Assembly (NCBI RefSeq): GCF_004010195.1
Contig: NC_057711.1
Coordinates: forward strand, 78,769,738-78,833,737
Origin: Chiloscyllium plagiosum
Taxonomy: Eukaryota
Direction of reading: 5' to 3'
DNA length: 64,000 nucleotides
A program made the translations under genes and the position numbers. The notes under the pieces are model-generated. The model was not told where the DNA came from. It saw nothing but the letters and a program-made list of their open reading frames with translations, and ran no database searches. Below, piece after piece: positions 39,769 to 53,126 of this stretch (its first letter is position 1; each line of letters starts with the position of its first letter).

Positions 39769-40372
39769 AGCTTTAAACTCAACTTCCTCAAACACTTCAT
39801 CCACAAAAGATTTTTGTCATTTCAGATGAATAACCTGCAGAAAGGGAGTCTTATTCTCTTTGCCCAATCCATTTTTTGGTTTATCCAAGCTATGTGCCAG
39901 TTCTTCTTTTCTGCTTGATCCTTTCTAACTTTATGAGTTTGGGTTCTAGCTACAACCTCAGTGGGTAACAATCCAGGCCCTCCTGCAAAATCTCTGTTGC
40001 TCTCACTTCAACTGGCTTTGTGAAACTCTTGGAAATGTGAAAAATTTCAGAGCTGACAAATTAATCCCAAGCATAAAATCAATCCCCTAAAAACATAAAC
40101 AGAGAACAATTCCCACAATCAACAATTCTCACTGTCAAAATTCTGTTGATAAAGTGACTTTATACAAATGAACAGGTTCATAAACCCCTTGTAATACTTC
40201 CTTTTTCATCAGATTATAGGGAACGTAAATTGCATCATCTGCCATCAATGACAGATCTGCTCCAGTAGCTCTGAAATATTAATTTGTATATTTTTTTGTT
40301 GGAGGATTAAGGTAACATTTCTCCCTCAGAGACAAAACCTCTATAACCTCCAGTAACTTGGCTCAATGTAGC

Positions 40373-40505
40373 CCTTCTTTCCTGAAGAAGGGCTTATGCC
40401 CGAAACGTCGATTCTCCTGTTCCTTGGATGCTGCCTGACCTGCTGCGCTTTTCCAGCAATACATTTTCAGCTCTGATCTCCAGCATCGGCAGTCCTCACT
40501 TTCTC
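40373..40505 (+). mobile_element. 133-bp PLE-terminus insertion with intact hammerhead core
   Basis: CUGAAGA-A-GGGC-UUAU-GCCC-GAAA-CGUC at 40382-40409; 11-bp TSD ctcaatgtagc at 40362-40372 and 40506-40516. Confidence 0.87.
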
Positions 40506-40849
40506 CTCAATGTAGCAGTATCCAAGAACGAATTCCTGTGATTACCTGAACCATATCCTCTGTTCTAGTAGATTCTAAGGAAACACATTTCATGTGCAAA
40601 ATTGTCACTATTTAATCTCCATTTTTAATACATTTCTGTTACTAATTCTCTATTTTTGGAAGACATCTTCAGCATTTTTATTACTCCCCTTACTCCCATT
40701 ACTTACCCATCCCACTCACAATCCACTTTTACATATCCTACCCTAAAGCAATGAAAACATTTGGTTTTTCTAACATCATTTCCATTCTCTATTTTATCAT
40801 TTCCATTGACTAAACCAGTTTTCCTAAAACCATATAACCTATGCTTTAC

Positions 40850-42055
40850 AAAAACAGAAATTGCTGGGAAATCTCAGCAGGTCTGATAACATCTGTAGAG
40901 AGAAAGTAGAGTTAATGTTTTAGGTTCAGTCGCCCTTCTTCAGAATTGATTGTAGCTCGGAAAAGATTAGTATATATGCTGAAGATGGAGTGGGGGCTGA
41001 GGTGAGGCAAAATATATACGGAGGTAAAGCCCAGAGAGAGAAAACAACAGTTGGATGGACAAAGGAATCCACTACTACCCTCCTCCACCTAGCCATGCTC
41101 ATCCTCACTTTAAACAACTTCTCCTTTAACTCCTCTCATTTTCTTCAGGTCAGAGATGTGCAAAGATACCCACAAGGATCCTAGTTGTGCCTGTCTGTTT
41201 CTGGGATACATGGAATGTTCCTTGTTCCAGTCCTACACTGGCCGTACCCACAACTCTTTCTCTGATATATCAAAGACATCAATGGTGCTGTTTCCATCTC
41301 TCTTCTGAAGTTGGAAAGGTTTATCTATTTGCTTCCAAATTCTATCCTATTCTCGCCTTCACTTGGTCCAACTCTGACTCTTCTCTTCTCTTCCATTCCT
41401 CAACATCTCTGATTCTATTTTGGGGCATAGGCTGGCCATTGATATCCGCTACAAACCCACTGACTCCCACAGTGACCTTGACTATACATCCTCATGCTCT
41501 GTTTCCTGTAAAAACTCCTTTCCATCCTCCCAATTTCTCCATCTTTGTCACATCTGTTCTGATGTTGCCAGCTCCTCCAAGGGAGGTGAAATGTCTACTT
41601 TCATTCTCAACCAAGGATTCCCCACAACTGTGATTGACAGGGCCTTCAGACAGGTCCAACCCATCTCCCACGCGTCAGCCCTCACCCCCTCTCTTCCTTC
41701 CCACAAGAGCAAAAGGGTCCCCCTCATCCTCACCTACTATACCACCGGCATCTAAACACAAAGGATTATTAACTACCATTTTTAACTCTTCCAGTGGGAA
41801 GCCACCACCAGGCACATATTCCCCTCCCTTCACTTATCAGCCTTCCGCAGGGACTGTTCCCCCTGGAACACCTTGGTCCATTCCTCCTCCTCCATTCTCA
41901 ACATCTCCCTACATCCCCAAACAATCACAGAAGGTGTAATACTTGCTCTCTCCTCACTATCCAGGGTTCCAGACACATCTTCCAGATGATTTACCTGCAC
42001 TTCACTCTATCTAGACTATTCTGTTTGCTACTCTCAATGTGGTCTCCTCTGTATA
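40850..42055 (+). mobile_element. Penelope-like relic: inverted 3' terminus (about 40850-41065, minus) joined to a plus-strand RT/linker fragment
   Basis: LILTLNNFSFNSSHFLQV, DIRYKPTDSHSDLDYTSS..CKNSFPSSQFLHLCHICSD, RVPLILTY. Confidence 0.85.
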
Positions 42056-43004
42056 GCATTGCATGGAATTTACTGTTAGTATATTTACAAAAATACAGAA
42101 AAATGCATATAAGTCACCATAATCTGGTGCCATTTTAATTATATAAGTTATAGAAAGAAATAATTCACACAAAGACAAATTTCATTTTTGGTTCCATTCA
42201 CAGCTTCTTGATTTCTTAAGTGGCTATGGCACACTGCCCACACTCAGCAGCTGCAAAACTATTCCCTGAGGCGACAACACCAAGGAGGAAGCAGCACTCA
42301 CTGCTGCCATAGCTAGGACCCAACTCTCAAGGATTGTAAGACCGTCCAAGTTAACTCCTGAGGATTGGGAGACCATTCACTCTGCCACCATTGCAGATGC
42401 TGTGAAAATGCCAGAGGAAAAGAATGGACCCCACCATTGACACTGGAACAGTTGCTCAAGCTGCAACCACCATGGCCATGAGGAATGGATCAGATTTACT
42501 GCTCAACAGCTCCTCTCCGCAACCTCACTCCAGCACAGCAGCCACAGAAAGAAGGTAAAATTAAGTTAATTCCAAAGTTAAATGAAGAAAATAAAATAAA
42601 GAAAGAAATATGTAGTTGGTCATATGGGATGGAGCAGATGGGTCTGGGAGCCTGATCACTTCCCAATTAACAGCTATTGATTCCCCCAGGCTGACCTTTA
42701 GTCATTTCTTTGTCTGTATAACTGTTGTTTTCTCTCTCTCTCTGCACTGCATCTCCATCTATCACCCCCCCCCCCCACCTTATCTTCTGTCTTCAAATTT
42801 TCTCCTAATGCTATTACCCTAGCATTGATTATTTTCTCAACTGTAAATTTTCCCTGTGTAGAAGTCATAGCTACTAACAAAACCATTTAGCTTTTAAATA
42901 TGTATGGTAAAATTCATTATAAAAATCGTAACCAGCCTTCACTTCAGCATATCCCAGGACTTGCATTTGTCTGTACTTTCAAATCTCAGATGAGCCCCAA
43001 ATTA

Positions 43005-44186
43005 TGTTACAATCCTGGATAAGACTACCAAATTTATGTTATGATCTAGCTAGGGACCTATAACTTTTTAAAAAATTAGGCAAAATGTGAGATCCAGGGG
43101 ACTTGCTAAGAAAATAAAGCAAAATGATTCCACTGATTTTAACAAGTAACAATTGTTAGGAAGGTTTCGTATTTAAGAATTTTTGTGGACTTGAATTGGA
43201 GATTTGTAGATTGTTGGATGTATGGATTGTTTTTAAAGAGGTCAATGAAAGGACTTTGGAACAATTCTTTTAATAAGGCATTTAACAGTCACATGTTTGT
43301 GACCTGTTTGTTTATTTCATGGGTTTGTAACTGCCAAGTTCTAGTTTCTGCTTTGGGTAGTAATGGGAGACGCCTGCTCTCAGAAAGAAGCCTCCCTGTT
43401 CAGTTCTCCTGTTTCAGGAAAAGAAGCCTGGTTGTCTATCTCAATTGGTAGCTGGCATCGTGGTTTAGCAGTTCTTGTATAAGAATCCTCTGAAAGAGTT
43501 TGTTGATATTTTTGTAAAGATCCCAGAGACCACCACATCTGTTCAGTGACATTTCTGTTTGTGTACAAGAAAATCAGACTGATAGCCACTGGAACAACTC
43601 AAGCCTTATTGGTCAATTTTTATGAAATTTTGCAGACAGGAATCCATTTTTTTCACTTTATCTGGTTGTCAGATGCATGTTTGTGAGTTTATGCATGTGT
43701 TTTAGGTTAATTAGAGGTGAAAACATTTATAGCTTCATACAAGTCATTCTGCTGTAACGCGTGTTTCGTTAACACAAATTTGCTGTAACACGATTGATGT
43801 ACAGTATTGGGGACACTGTTTCTAAAGTGCAAACTTTCAATGCATGTATTGGTTATAACACAATTTCGGCCCCACTAGTTTAAATGGTGCTGCTATTACG
43901 CAATTTTCTTATAATGTGGGATTGCACAAGAAAGGAACTACTGCATTATAGCAGAACTGACTTTATTATAAACTGTGTGAACCAGTTGTACATCTTTGTG
44001 GATTACGTTTTGTTTGTTTATTGAAAAAGACTACATGGTGGATTTTAAAAAATTCTATGTCTAATAATGAGAAAGTATGTAATTCGTTATATCAGGAACC
44101 GGGTAAAACAATTACATTTACATTGTGACCAGCAAAGTAGTGTGACTAAAGGAAGACAGTGCACTCATCTCATCTTGGTCATAATG
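43005..44186. mobile_element. Probable solo LTR containing a MITE
   Basis: Starts tgttacaatcc, ends ggtcataatg (degenerate); composition like the other LTRs; no TSD seen. Confidence 0.42.
43740..43963. mobile_element. Tigger-like MITE
   Basis: TIRs caagtcattctgctgtaacgc / gcattatagcagaactgactt; TA at both flanks. Confidence 0.75.
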
Positions 44187-44497
44187 AAATGAACACTACT
44201 ATACAATGTTAGAACAACAATATAATTAATAATACATGTATAACAGTTCTAACAACTTAAATTAACATGAGATAAACATGGGTTACACTGTGATCATATA
44301 GCACACAATGTACATCAAATAGTAAATGAAATCAAATACCGTCCCCCCCACACTCCAAAGACATTAATAGTCCAGTACATTATCAAATCTTATTCATTTT
44401 CTTAAGGGATTTCAATTCTTTACTTTTGCTGATCTAGTCTTGTAACTCCCCAATAATATGTACCCTGCCATTGACCACCTCAATGTTTGTCTCTTTA

Positions 44498-44760
44498 TAG
44501 AATCTGGCCAATGTGTAAACATACCATTCAGCCCAACAGGTCCACACCAACTCTCCAAAGAGCATCCCACCCAGAATCATCCCCCTATATTTCCCATAGT
44601 TAATCCACCTAACTTACACATCCCTGGACACTATGGACAATGTAGCACAACCAATCCAACTAGCCTACATATCTTTGGAATCCACACAGACAACCACCCA
44701 AGGCTGGAATTAAACCAGGATCCCTGATGCTGTGAGGCAGTAGTGCCAACCACTGAGTCA
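44498..44760 (-). mobile_element. HE1-type SINE (old, internally deleted)
   Basis: tgtgaggcagtagtgccaaccactgag head in reverse complement. Confidence 0.8.
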
Positions 44761-45420
44761 GGCTATTCAGGCAGCTTCATTTTCTGAGTCTCCACTCCCT
44801 GACTTGAAAACAGCACTCCACTAGTAATTCACAAGCATAGCTTCAGCTCTTGATTGACTGCCAACTTCCACAAGACAGTCCTGAGTTTTCTGCCCTAAGC
44901 TCCAGTCTTGCTCAGTTTCATGAAGCAAATACTATTTGTGGGACTTTCAAACCCACTCTCACATTTGCATTGGAGCATAGTTCTTGCAGATTTTTTCTGA
45001 TTGCCTCATGGCTTACCCAGTCGACAGCCATTGGCCTTCCCACCTGATTGATTGATTGGTTAATTGTCACATTAAGCTCCCTCCATAGACTCTGTGTAGT
45101 TCACAACTACCTTCCCAGAAATATAGCTAACAGCAGAGGTCCTAACACGAAACCTGCTTCTTTCTCTGTTTTACATCGTTACTGCTTCTAACCTTTAAGC
45201 TCCACTTCATTATCTGTTCTAGGTGACCTATCGCAAAGCTTAAAAATAGGCTCCTTCCCTATTGCAGGGTGAGTTGCCATTTAGAACTCTTGGAATTGTC
45301 TCTTTCCTAGATGCTACCAGATTGCTGGCTTGTTGCACTTTAAAAAAAATGATATTAATGGAAGATTTCATCTTACACTTGGAGAAATTTGTTGGTGCAG
45401 GAGTTAGGTATTTTCTTATA

Positions 45421-45578
45421 CAGAGGAACCTTGAATATCCGAAGGACATGGGCAGGGAGCATTTTGTTTGGTTAGTCAAATTCTGGATAATCAAATGCTG
45501 GATAACATAATTTAGACAAGCATTGGAACCTTGCGATCTTGCCGGATAATCCAATGCTGGATAATTGAGGTTCCTCTG
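45421..45578. mobile_element. Tigger-like MITE (family of 3077-3314)
   Basis: TIRs cagaggaaccttgaatatcc / ggataattgaggttcctctg; TA TSD. Confidence 0.9.
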
Positions 45579-45728
45579 TATTGTAAAGCATGAACTAGGT
45601 TGTGTTGAACCCCAGGCTAGTTATGTTGAATCTAAGGAAGAATGGAACTATATTCCTTTTTGATGATATCAAAATGGAACACTTTCAATCTGACCTAGTT
45701 AGCAGAAACCAAACAGGATAGTGAGGTC

Positions 45729-46085
45729 TTTTGTTTGAATTCCAAAAATATACTTTAGTTATAAAAATATCTTTATATTCATACGTTGTCACTAAAGCAG
45801 TTCAGTTCAGTAGAGTAGCCCATGAAGAAAACAAACAAACATTGGAGTTTGACTCTATCAACCATCAAACCAAAGACATTTCTTAATTGTGCAAGACTAT
45901 ATTTACATGGATTTGAGACACTGCAGGATCCAATAACTGAACTGACCCCCATTTAACACCTGGGAGAACCTTTTCTTATTTCAAAAGCATGCTTTATTCA
46001 TAAAAAAATGCATAGTCACTAAAGCAGTTTGGTTCTGTAGAGTAACATATGAAGAAAAGATACAAATGTTGGAGTTTGCTCTTGC
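45729..46085 (-). repeat. Two tandem diverged copies of a poly(A)-type retroposon 3' end (Tx1/L1-like)
   Basis: gtcactaaagcagtt..gttc.gtagagta..catgaagaaa...ttggagtttg at about 45788-45857 and 46015-46083, each preceded by a T-run and tttattc-like signal. Confidence 0.55.
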
Positions 46086-48031
46086 ATTGCTGGTGGGAAA
46101 TAAAGACTCCACAATTTTTATCTGAGGAGATGGGGAGGAGACCTTCACAGCAGAGTCCATTTTCACATATGAATATCAGCCCTGATTACTGGAACCAATG
46201 TGCAACTCCTATGTGGCAAGGTGAGTGTGAGGTGGCAGTAAATTTCCCACCAGTTGAACCGAGCTTTGAGTTTTCACTTTTCATGGGCCAATGGTGTGGT
46301 AGCGTACTTTGAAACCCCACAATGTTAGTTGAAGGTGCTACTGTCTCTTCCTCCATTCCTTATCACAGGACTACACTGGCACAGCCTGATAGCTAAAATC
46401 AATACTTTCCTGATATCATTAGCACTACCTGAATTTCCCATCTGAAATAAATTGGATTCTGGTACTTGGCACTTAAATTACATGTGGGAACTAAAGACAT
46501 AGTTTTGCGAACCAATGTTAAAACTCAGCTGCCAACAACTGCCCTGCAGTTAAAATCTGGACCAAATTTCTTTTCAAATTGTTATTTCTACCTTTCATGC
46601 AATTCAAGAATTATGTTGGGCCTAAGGAACACAATAGTATTCAGTACCGGTGGCATGACACTTTGTCAGATTAGTTTTCTCCAAATAATCTATCAAGGCA
46701 ACATACTTTGATGCCTTTATTGCAATCCAGAAAAACCGTTGCATTCTGAATAACAGAGAGTGCTGCATGATTTGCCCAATTTTCGACTACATAAGCTAAA
46801 GAAAGGAACCATTGCCCTAAATTGGGAACAAAAGCACAGGCATTTAACTTGGCTTGCGCTCTCAGACTTTTAATTATTTTGTGATTCTCAGTTTGGTATA
46901 TTACATAATGTTTCATGAACTTTGGCTTTAGCTAGATAATCCCTTATATATTAAAAATATACTTGAATGAAGGCTACATAGAAACTCATTCCACTCATTT
47001 ACTGAAAATTTACAAACCTGACAACCTGCTTTCAAATGACATTTGTGAAGAGTGAATGGAAGGGCATTAAACAATAACAAGCAATAAAACAATTAAGTAA
47101 TTTGCTTGTATTTTACTAAACTTTCTCAGGTAATAATCTTTGTTTAACACCTATTATGACCCTTCAGTTTGGAAAAAGTGAGAATATTTTCCTTTCATCC
47201 ACACTTTGAATCTCCAGGATAATTAGCAGGAGAAAAATGCATATTAGCTCCTACGAAGCTGCCTCTTCAACATGTTAGCCTGCATTGACCCAAACCTGCT
47301 AAACTAATTATTTTTGAAGTTTATGCTTTAAATAATCCTACATTATAGAACTCTTCCCTCTTCAACAGAGGTCTGGCAATTCGAAATCCTTTTCTAAAAT
47401 ACTTTGTAGTTTTTTAAAGCCAAGTCTGCTTTAAGCAGTCGTAATCTCTCCAGTGTTGAGAACTTGAAAGACTTTGAAAAAAATCAAGGTTTCTCCGTGA
47501 AGAATTTTGTTAATCCTGTGCTTAGGAAGTCTGCTTCTTTACCAAGCAGCTATTACTAAAACTCATTCTTGTCTTGAACTATGAGCAAATTACTCCATAT
47601 TAATTGCAGCATACTCTATCTCAGGCAAAGCTGCAGTTGAAAATGACAGATTTCTTCCATTTTGAAATGCTGCACTTCTTATGCAGAAAAGTACTTGAAG
47701 TCAAGGGGTCAACTTGATAATGTACCAGCCTTATGCAGTGGTACTGGCAAGAAGTGATTATTAAGGGTGCCATGTACAACAGAGTGCATTTATTCATGAG
47801 AACTTCAAATAGTGTGTTGTTCAATGCTCACTTGATCGGTACGGAATCTCAGAGAACTTGATATGCTTTGAAAAGTCTGTATTTGGTTTAGAGCTGTAAT
47901 GCAATGCCAACATTTAAAAAAAAATGTCAACAGGATGCTTCCAAATAATAATAACCATTCTAATCATTACTTTGTGAATCCAACCAGTTTATTGAAATAC
48001 ACTTAGATATTTGATGACATTAACTACTGTA

Positions 48032-48695
48032 AAGAGTCATAGAGTCATACAGATATATTGTGCAGAAACAGACCCTTTGGTCCAACCCATTTATGCCAAC
48101 CAGATATCCCAACCTAATCTAGTCCCATTTGCCAGCACTTGGTCCATATCCCTCCAATCCCTTCCTATTCATATGCCCATCCAGATGCCTTTTAAATGTT
48201 GTAATTGTACTAGCCTCGACCACTTCCTTTGGCAGCTCATTCCATATACGCACCACCTTTGCATGAAAATGTTGCCCCTTTTGTCTTTCTTAAATCTTTC
48301 CCCTCTCACTCTAAACCTATGCCCTCTAGTTCTGGACTCCCCCACCCCAGGGAAAAGACCTTGTCTATTTACTCTATCCATGCCTCTCAAGATTTTATAA
48401 ATCTAGATAAGGTCACCCCTCAGCCTCCGACGCTCCAGGGAAAACAGCCCCAGCCTACTCAGCCTCTCCCTATAGCTCAAACTCTCCAATCCTGCCAACA
48501 TCCTGGTGAATCTTTTTGAACCCTTTCAAGTTTCACAACATCCTTCTGTAGTAGGGAGAGCAGAATAGGATGCAATATTCCAAAAATAGCCTAACCAATG
48601 ACCTCCCAACTCCAGTACGCAATATTCTGACCAATAAAGTATACCAAACACCTTCTTCATTATCCTATCTACTTGTGACTCCACTTTTGGAATTT
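48032..48695 (-). mobile_element. CR1 3' fragment
   Basis: MRGMDRVNRQGLFPGVGESRTRGHRFRVRGERF; 3' UTR and tail. Confidence 0.92.
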
Positions 48696-48799
48696 GTGAT
48701 TGCTCAGGGCAATGGACAGATATATGTTTGATAGCTATTTCCAATTTAGTTAATTGACTGCACTTGTCATGGAGGGAGGATAGAATAGCAATTACAGCA

Positions 48800-49066
48800 T
48801 GGGGAAGGTGATGGAGTCGTAGTTATGTTGCTGGCCTAATCATCCAGACTCCTAGGCTAATGTTCTGATGATGTCAGTTTAAATGGCAGGTGGTGAAAAT
48901 TTGAAGTCAATAAAAAGCTGGCCTTACAGTTATTTGGTTCACTACTATAATTTGGAGAAGAAAATCTGCAATCGTTACCTTATCCAGTCTTTATGTTTCT
49001 CCACCCCAGTAATGTGTTGACTCTTAGCTGCTCTCTGGGCAATTAGAGGTGGGCAATAAAGGCTGA
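48800..49066 (+). mobile_element. Old SINE-like element sharing the L2-group LINE 3' tail
   Basis: Ends gggcaattagaggtgggcaataaaggctg, like 13027-13056. Confidence 0.55.
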
Positions 49067-49439
49067 TTTTCAAAGGACTGCAACTGAACATCCAAGACCT
49101 CCTCATTGTACCCGTAACAATATCTGTTGTATCAAGTAACTTTTAATAGTTGCTAACATGCAATAAACCACCGCTTGTTGATTATAAGATCATTTTTTGG
49201 ATTGAAAAGTAAGTGGCTTTCCTCTACCACAGTAGATCAAACAATTGCTGCAGATCTCTACACTGAAAGAGGAATATGGTAGAACACCTGTAATATTGAG
49301 AGGTGTAGATTTTTAAAAAATACACAGGCTATATGGTGTACCGATTTGATTTGAGTGTACCCACCACATGGTAGCAGTGACGGGATTCAAACTGAAGATA
49401 TAGTTTATTCCCTGTACAAGTTACAGGTTATATTGGTAT

Positions 49440-50074
49440 TGTGACAATGCTGTCACTTTAAGAGGTTATTTTGTCCTGGTATTTTTGAAGAGAGGTTGTA
49501 AGGCAGAGATATAAAGCTGGCTACTGAAGACTACTTGAGTAAACAGCTTGGGGGGGCCTTGTGTTTTTTTAACAGCCTGAATGGGTGCGGCTAGCTGTTA
49601 CAGATTCAGATTTCTGGGTTTTGGTTTTTTCAGTAGCATCAAAAGCTATTGGGATCTCAACAGAGTTGGACGCTTCGATGAATGTCTCCTGGCTGCTATT
49701 CTCTCTGAATTTTCTCTTGATGTTCTTTCCTGCTGGACTGGAGAACTGCACGTGAGAATCTGTGCCTGAAATTTCATTTTTTTTTTGCCAAGGGTTATGT
49801 TTATGGGATGATACTTTATTGGAACAGTTAATTGGTAATAGTTGCTGTAACTTGGTATTCTGTTACATTTCCAGTTAAGTTATTCTAAATTCCTCTGTTT
49901 TTGGTTGTGTTTGAACTAAAGTGTTTAAATAAATTGGACTTTGCTTAGTGTTAAGTATTTGGACCAGTCACATCACATCTGGAATAGACACTTCACACTT
50001 GCCTTTAAAAATAAGAAATAGGGTCTCGACTACATTCTTAAAATGTTTTGAGGGGTCTAGTCTGATCCATAACA
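49440..50074 (+). mobile_element. Solo LTR
   Basis: tgtgac...ccataaca ends; gatataaag TATA-like and aataaa signals; flanks gtat/atat (4-bp TSD, one mismatch). Confidence 0.72.
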
Positions 50075-50357
50075 ATATGACAGTTATGTTACAGAGACTT
50101 TGAAGATGATCAGATATTAGGTCTCATTCCTTTGAGATCTTAAGCTGTTGTGCCCACAATTTCATCTGACATTTTCATTGCTATTAGTGCTTTCACCACT
50201 TTATTAACCTTTTCAGAATCATATACAAATCCTTCCCCAGCTTTTATTTCATTATTAATATTGTACACCTATCGAGAGAATTTAATTTACCATTGCCCAT
50301 CTCACCCCAAGTTTCTGGCTTTATAAATTCAGGCAATATGGAGACTTCACTATTCTA

Positions 50358-50648
50358 TTAGAATCCCTACAGGGGCTTTGTGGTCCATCCAGTCTGCAAC
50401 AAGCAACCGATGCAAACCCACATTTCCCATAGCTAATCCACCTAGCCTGTATATCCCTGGACACTACAGGGCAATTTAGCATGGCTAATCAACCTAACCT
50501 GCACATCTTTGGACTGTGGGATGAAACCAGAGCACCTGGAGGAAACCCACACAAGACATGGGGCAAATGTGCAAAGTACACACAAATAGTTGCCGAAAGC
50601 CAGAATTGAACCTGGGCTCCTGGATCTGTGAGGCATCCGTAGCTAACC
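50358..50648 (-). mobile_element. HE1-type SINE (older)
   Basis: Core aacctgcacatctttggactgtggg. Confidence 0.85.
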
Positions 50649-50810
50649 AGTACACCATCCATATCACCTTGCTCTGGGATGCTACTACACACCCTCTGTA
50701 GCAGATGGGACCTGGCCACCTGGCCCAGAGGTAGGGATACTATCACTGCACCATAAAAGCTCTTCTCTCCTGGAATACATTATCTTCAAATTTTGAGAAA
50801 GTTACTTTAC

Positions 50811-52290
50811 TGAGTGGATGAATGTTATGTAGGAAGTAGGAGTATACTTAAGAGGGGAATCAGGAAGGCAAGAAGGGGACATGAGATAGCTTTGGAAAAT
50901 AGAATTAAGGAGAATCCAAAGGGTTTTTACAAATATATTAAGGAAAAAAGGGTAACCAGGGAGAGAATAGGGCCCCTCAAAGATCAGCAAGGCGGCCTTT
51001 GTGTGGAGCCACAGAAAATGGGGAAGATACTAAATGAATATTTTGCATCAGTATTTACTGTGGAAAAGGATATGGAAGAGATAGACTGCTGGGAAATAGA
51101 TGGTGACATCTTGCAAAATGTCCAGATTATAGAGGAGGAAGTGCTGGGTGTCTTGAAACGGTTAAAGGTGGATAAATCCCCAGGACCTTATCAGGTGTAC
51201 CCGAGAACTCTGTGGGAAGCTAGGGAAGTGATTACTGGGCCTCTTGCTGAGATATTTGTATCATCAATAGTCACAGGTGAGGTNNNNNNNNNNNNNNNNN
51301 NNNNNNNNNNNNNNNNNNNNNNNNNNNNNNNNNNNNNNNNNNNNNNNNNNNNNNNNNNNNNNNNNNNNNNNNNNNNNNNNNNNNNNNNNNNNNNNNNNNN
51401 NNNNNNNNNNNNNNNNNNNNNNNNNNNNNNNNNNNNNNNNNNNNNNNNNNNNNNNNNNNNNNNNNNNNNNNNNNNNNNNNNNNNNNNNNNNNNNNNNNNN
51501 NNNNNNNNNNNNNNNNNNNNNNNNNNNNNNNNNNNNNNNNNNNNNNNNNNNNNNNNNNNNNNNNNNNNNNNNNNNNNNNNNNNNNNNNNNNNNNNNNNNN
51601 NNNNNNNNNNNNNNNNNNNNNNNNNNNNNNNNNNNNNNNNNNNNNNNNNNNNNNNNNNNNNNNNNNNNNNNNNNNNNNNNNNNNNNNNNNNNNNNNNNNN
51701 NNNNNNNNNNNNNNNNNNNNNNNNNNNNNNNNNNNNNNNNNNNNNNNNNNNNNNNNNNNNNNNNNNNNNNNNNNNNNNNNNNNNNNNNNNNNNNNNNNNN
51801 NNNNNNNNNNNNNNNNNNNNNNNNNNNNNNNNNNNNNNNNNNNNNNNNNNNNNNNNNNNNNNNNNNNNNNNNNNNNNNNNNNNNNNNNNNNNNNNNNNNN
51901 NNNNNNNNNNNNNNNNNNNNNNNNNNNNNNNNNNNNNNNNNNNNNNNNNNNNNNNNNNNNNNNNNNNNNNNNNNNNNNNNNNNNNNNNNNNNNNNNNNNN
52001 NNNNNNNNNNNNNNNNNNNNNNNNNNNNNNNNNNNNNNNNNNNNNNNNNNNNNNNNNNNNNNNNNNNNNNNNNNNNNNNNNNNNNNNNNNNNNNNNNNNN
52101 NNNNNNNNTGGAGGCTGGTACAATTGCAACATTTAAGAGGCATTTGGATGGGTATATGAGTAGGAAGGGTTTGGAGGGATATGGGCCGGGTGCTGGCAGG
52201 TGGGATTAGATTGGGTTGGGATATCTGGTCAGCATGGACGGGTTGGACCGAAGGATCTGTTTCCATGCTGTACATCTCTATGACTCTATC
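50811..52290 (+). mobile_element. Young CR1, 5'-truncated, spanning an assembly gap
   Basis: IKENPKGFYKYIK..DKSPGP..YPRTLWEARE; EAGTIATFKRHLDGYM; tail ctatgactctat. Confidence 0.93.
51284..52108. other. Assembly gap (N run)
   Basis: Run of n. Confidence 1.
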
Positions 52291-53126
52291 TGAGGTCTGG
52301 AGGTCAATTTAAACTGGAGGACCTTTAAGCTCTTGGATTCCTTTCATGGAAGATGTCTTCCCTACTGAGACAGGTAGTTTCTGCCTTATGGTGCCTTGAA
52401 TCATTTGACATTGGTCATTTCTTTTCAATGCTGGTGGCTTCCATAGAGATTGGTGCACCAGATCTTCACATGATGTCAGAAGATTTTTATTCTCAATTAG
52501 CCTGTAATTCATACTGAAGTAGTTAAGCCTTTTACTTCAACATATTGATTGATTTGGACTCCCATTCACTCTTAGCAACAGCATTATTAGTGCTCACTTC
52601 CTCAGTTCTGCTATTTGAACATTTCTTCTGGCTTAGTATGATTTCTATTACGGTTACTGAGGATTCCTCCTGGGAAGATATGGAAGCTAAATATTCTGCT
52701 TGACTTGAATCATCTCCACATCTAATATCAGACTTAAAATGTCATAGCAATTTGTTCATCAACCTGTGTTGCACTCTAAGTTGCATCAATTATAGATTTG
52801 TCTATTGGCTCAAGGCAGGGGTGAGTTTATACTTTTCTTGGTTAACTAATTGCTTGCTTTGCCTTTGAAGCTTTGCTGGCATTTGCTTTCTCTAAGATTT
52901 CCAATTCTGTTTTCTGTTCAGTCCATCTCTCAAATTAAGTCTTCCTGGCCATAATATTTCTGATGCCATGTCAAAATGATTATAACATTTTCTTGCTTAA
53001 AAGGGTTTATTTTGCACTAATAATAGTTCTTCTGCTCTCTAGTAGAAAGTTTTCTCTGCATTTTGCAGCTGAAATGGAGCATTCCTGCCTTTTGGAGCTA
53101 AAAGGAGAATTTCTGCCTTTTGCAGA

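Noticed and set aside
50814..52275. Long ORFs of 310-440 aa
   Set aside because: Gap artefacts within a CR1 copy
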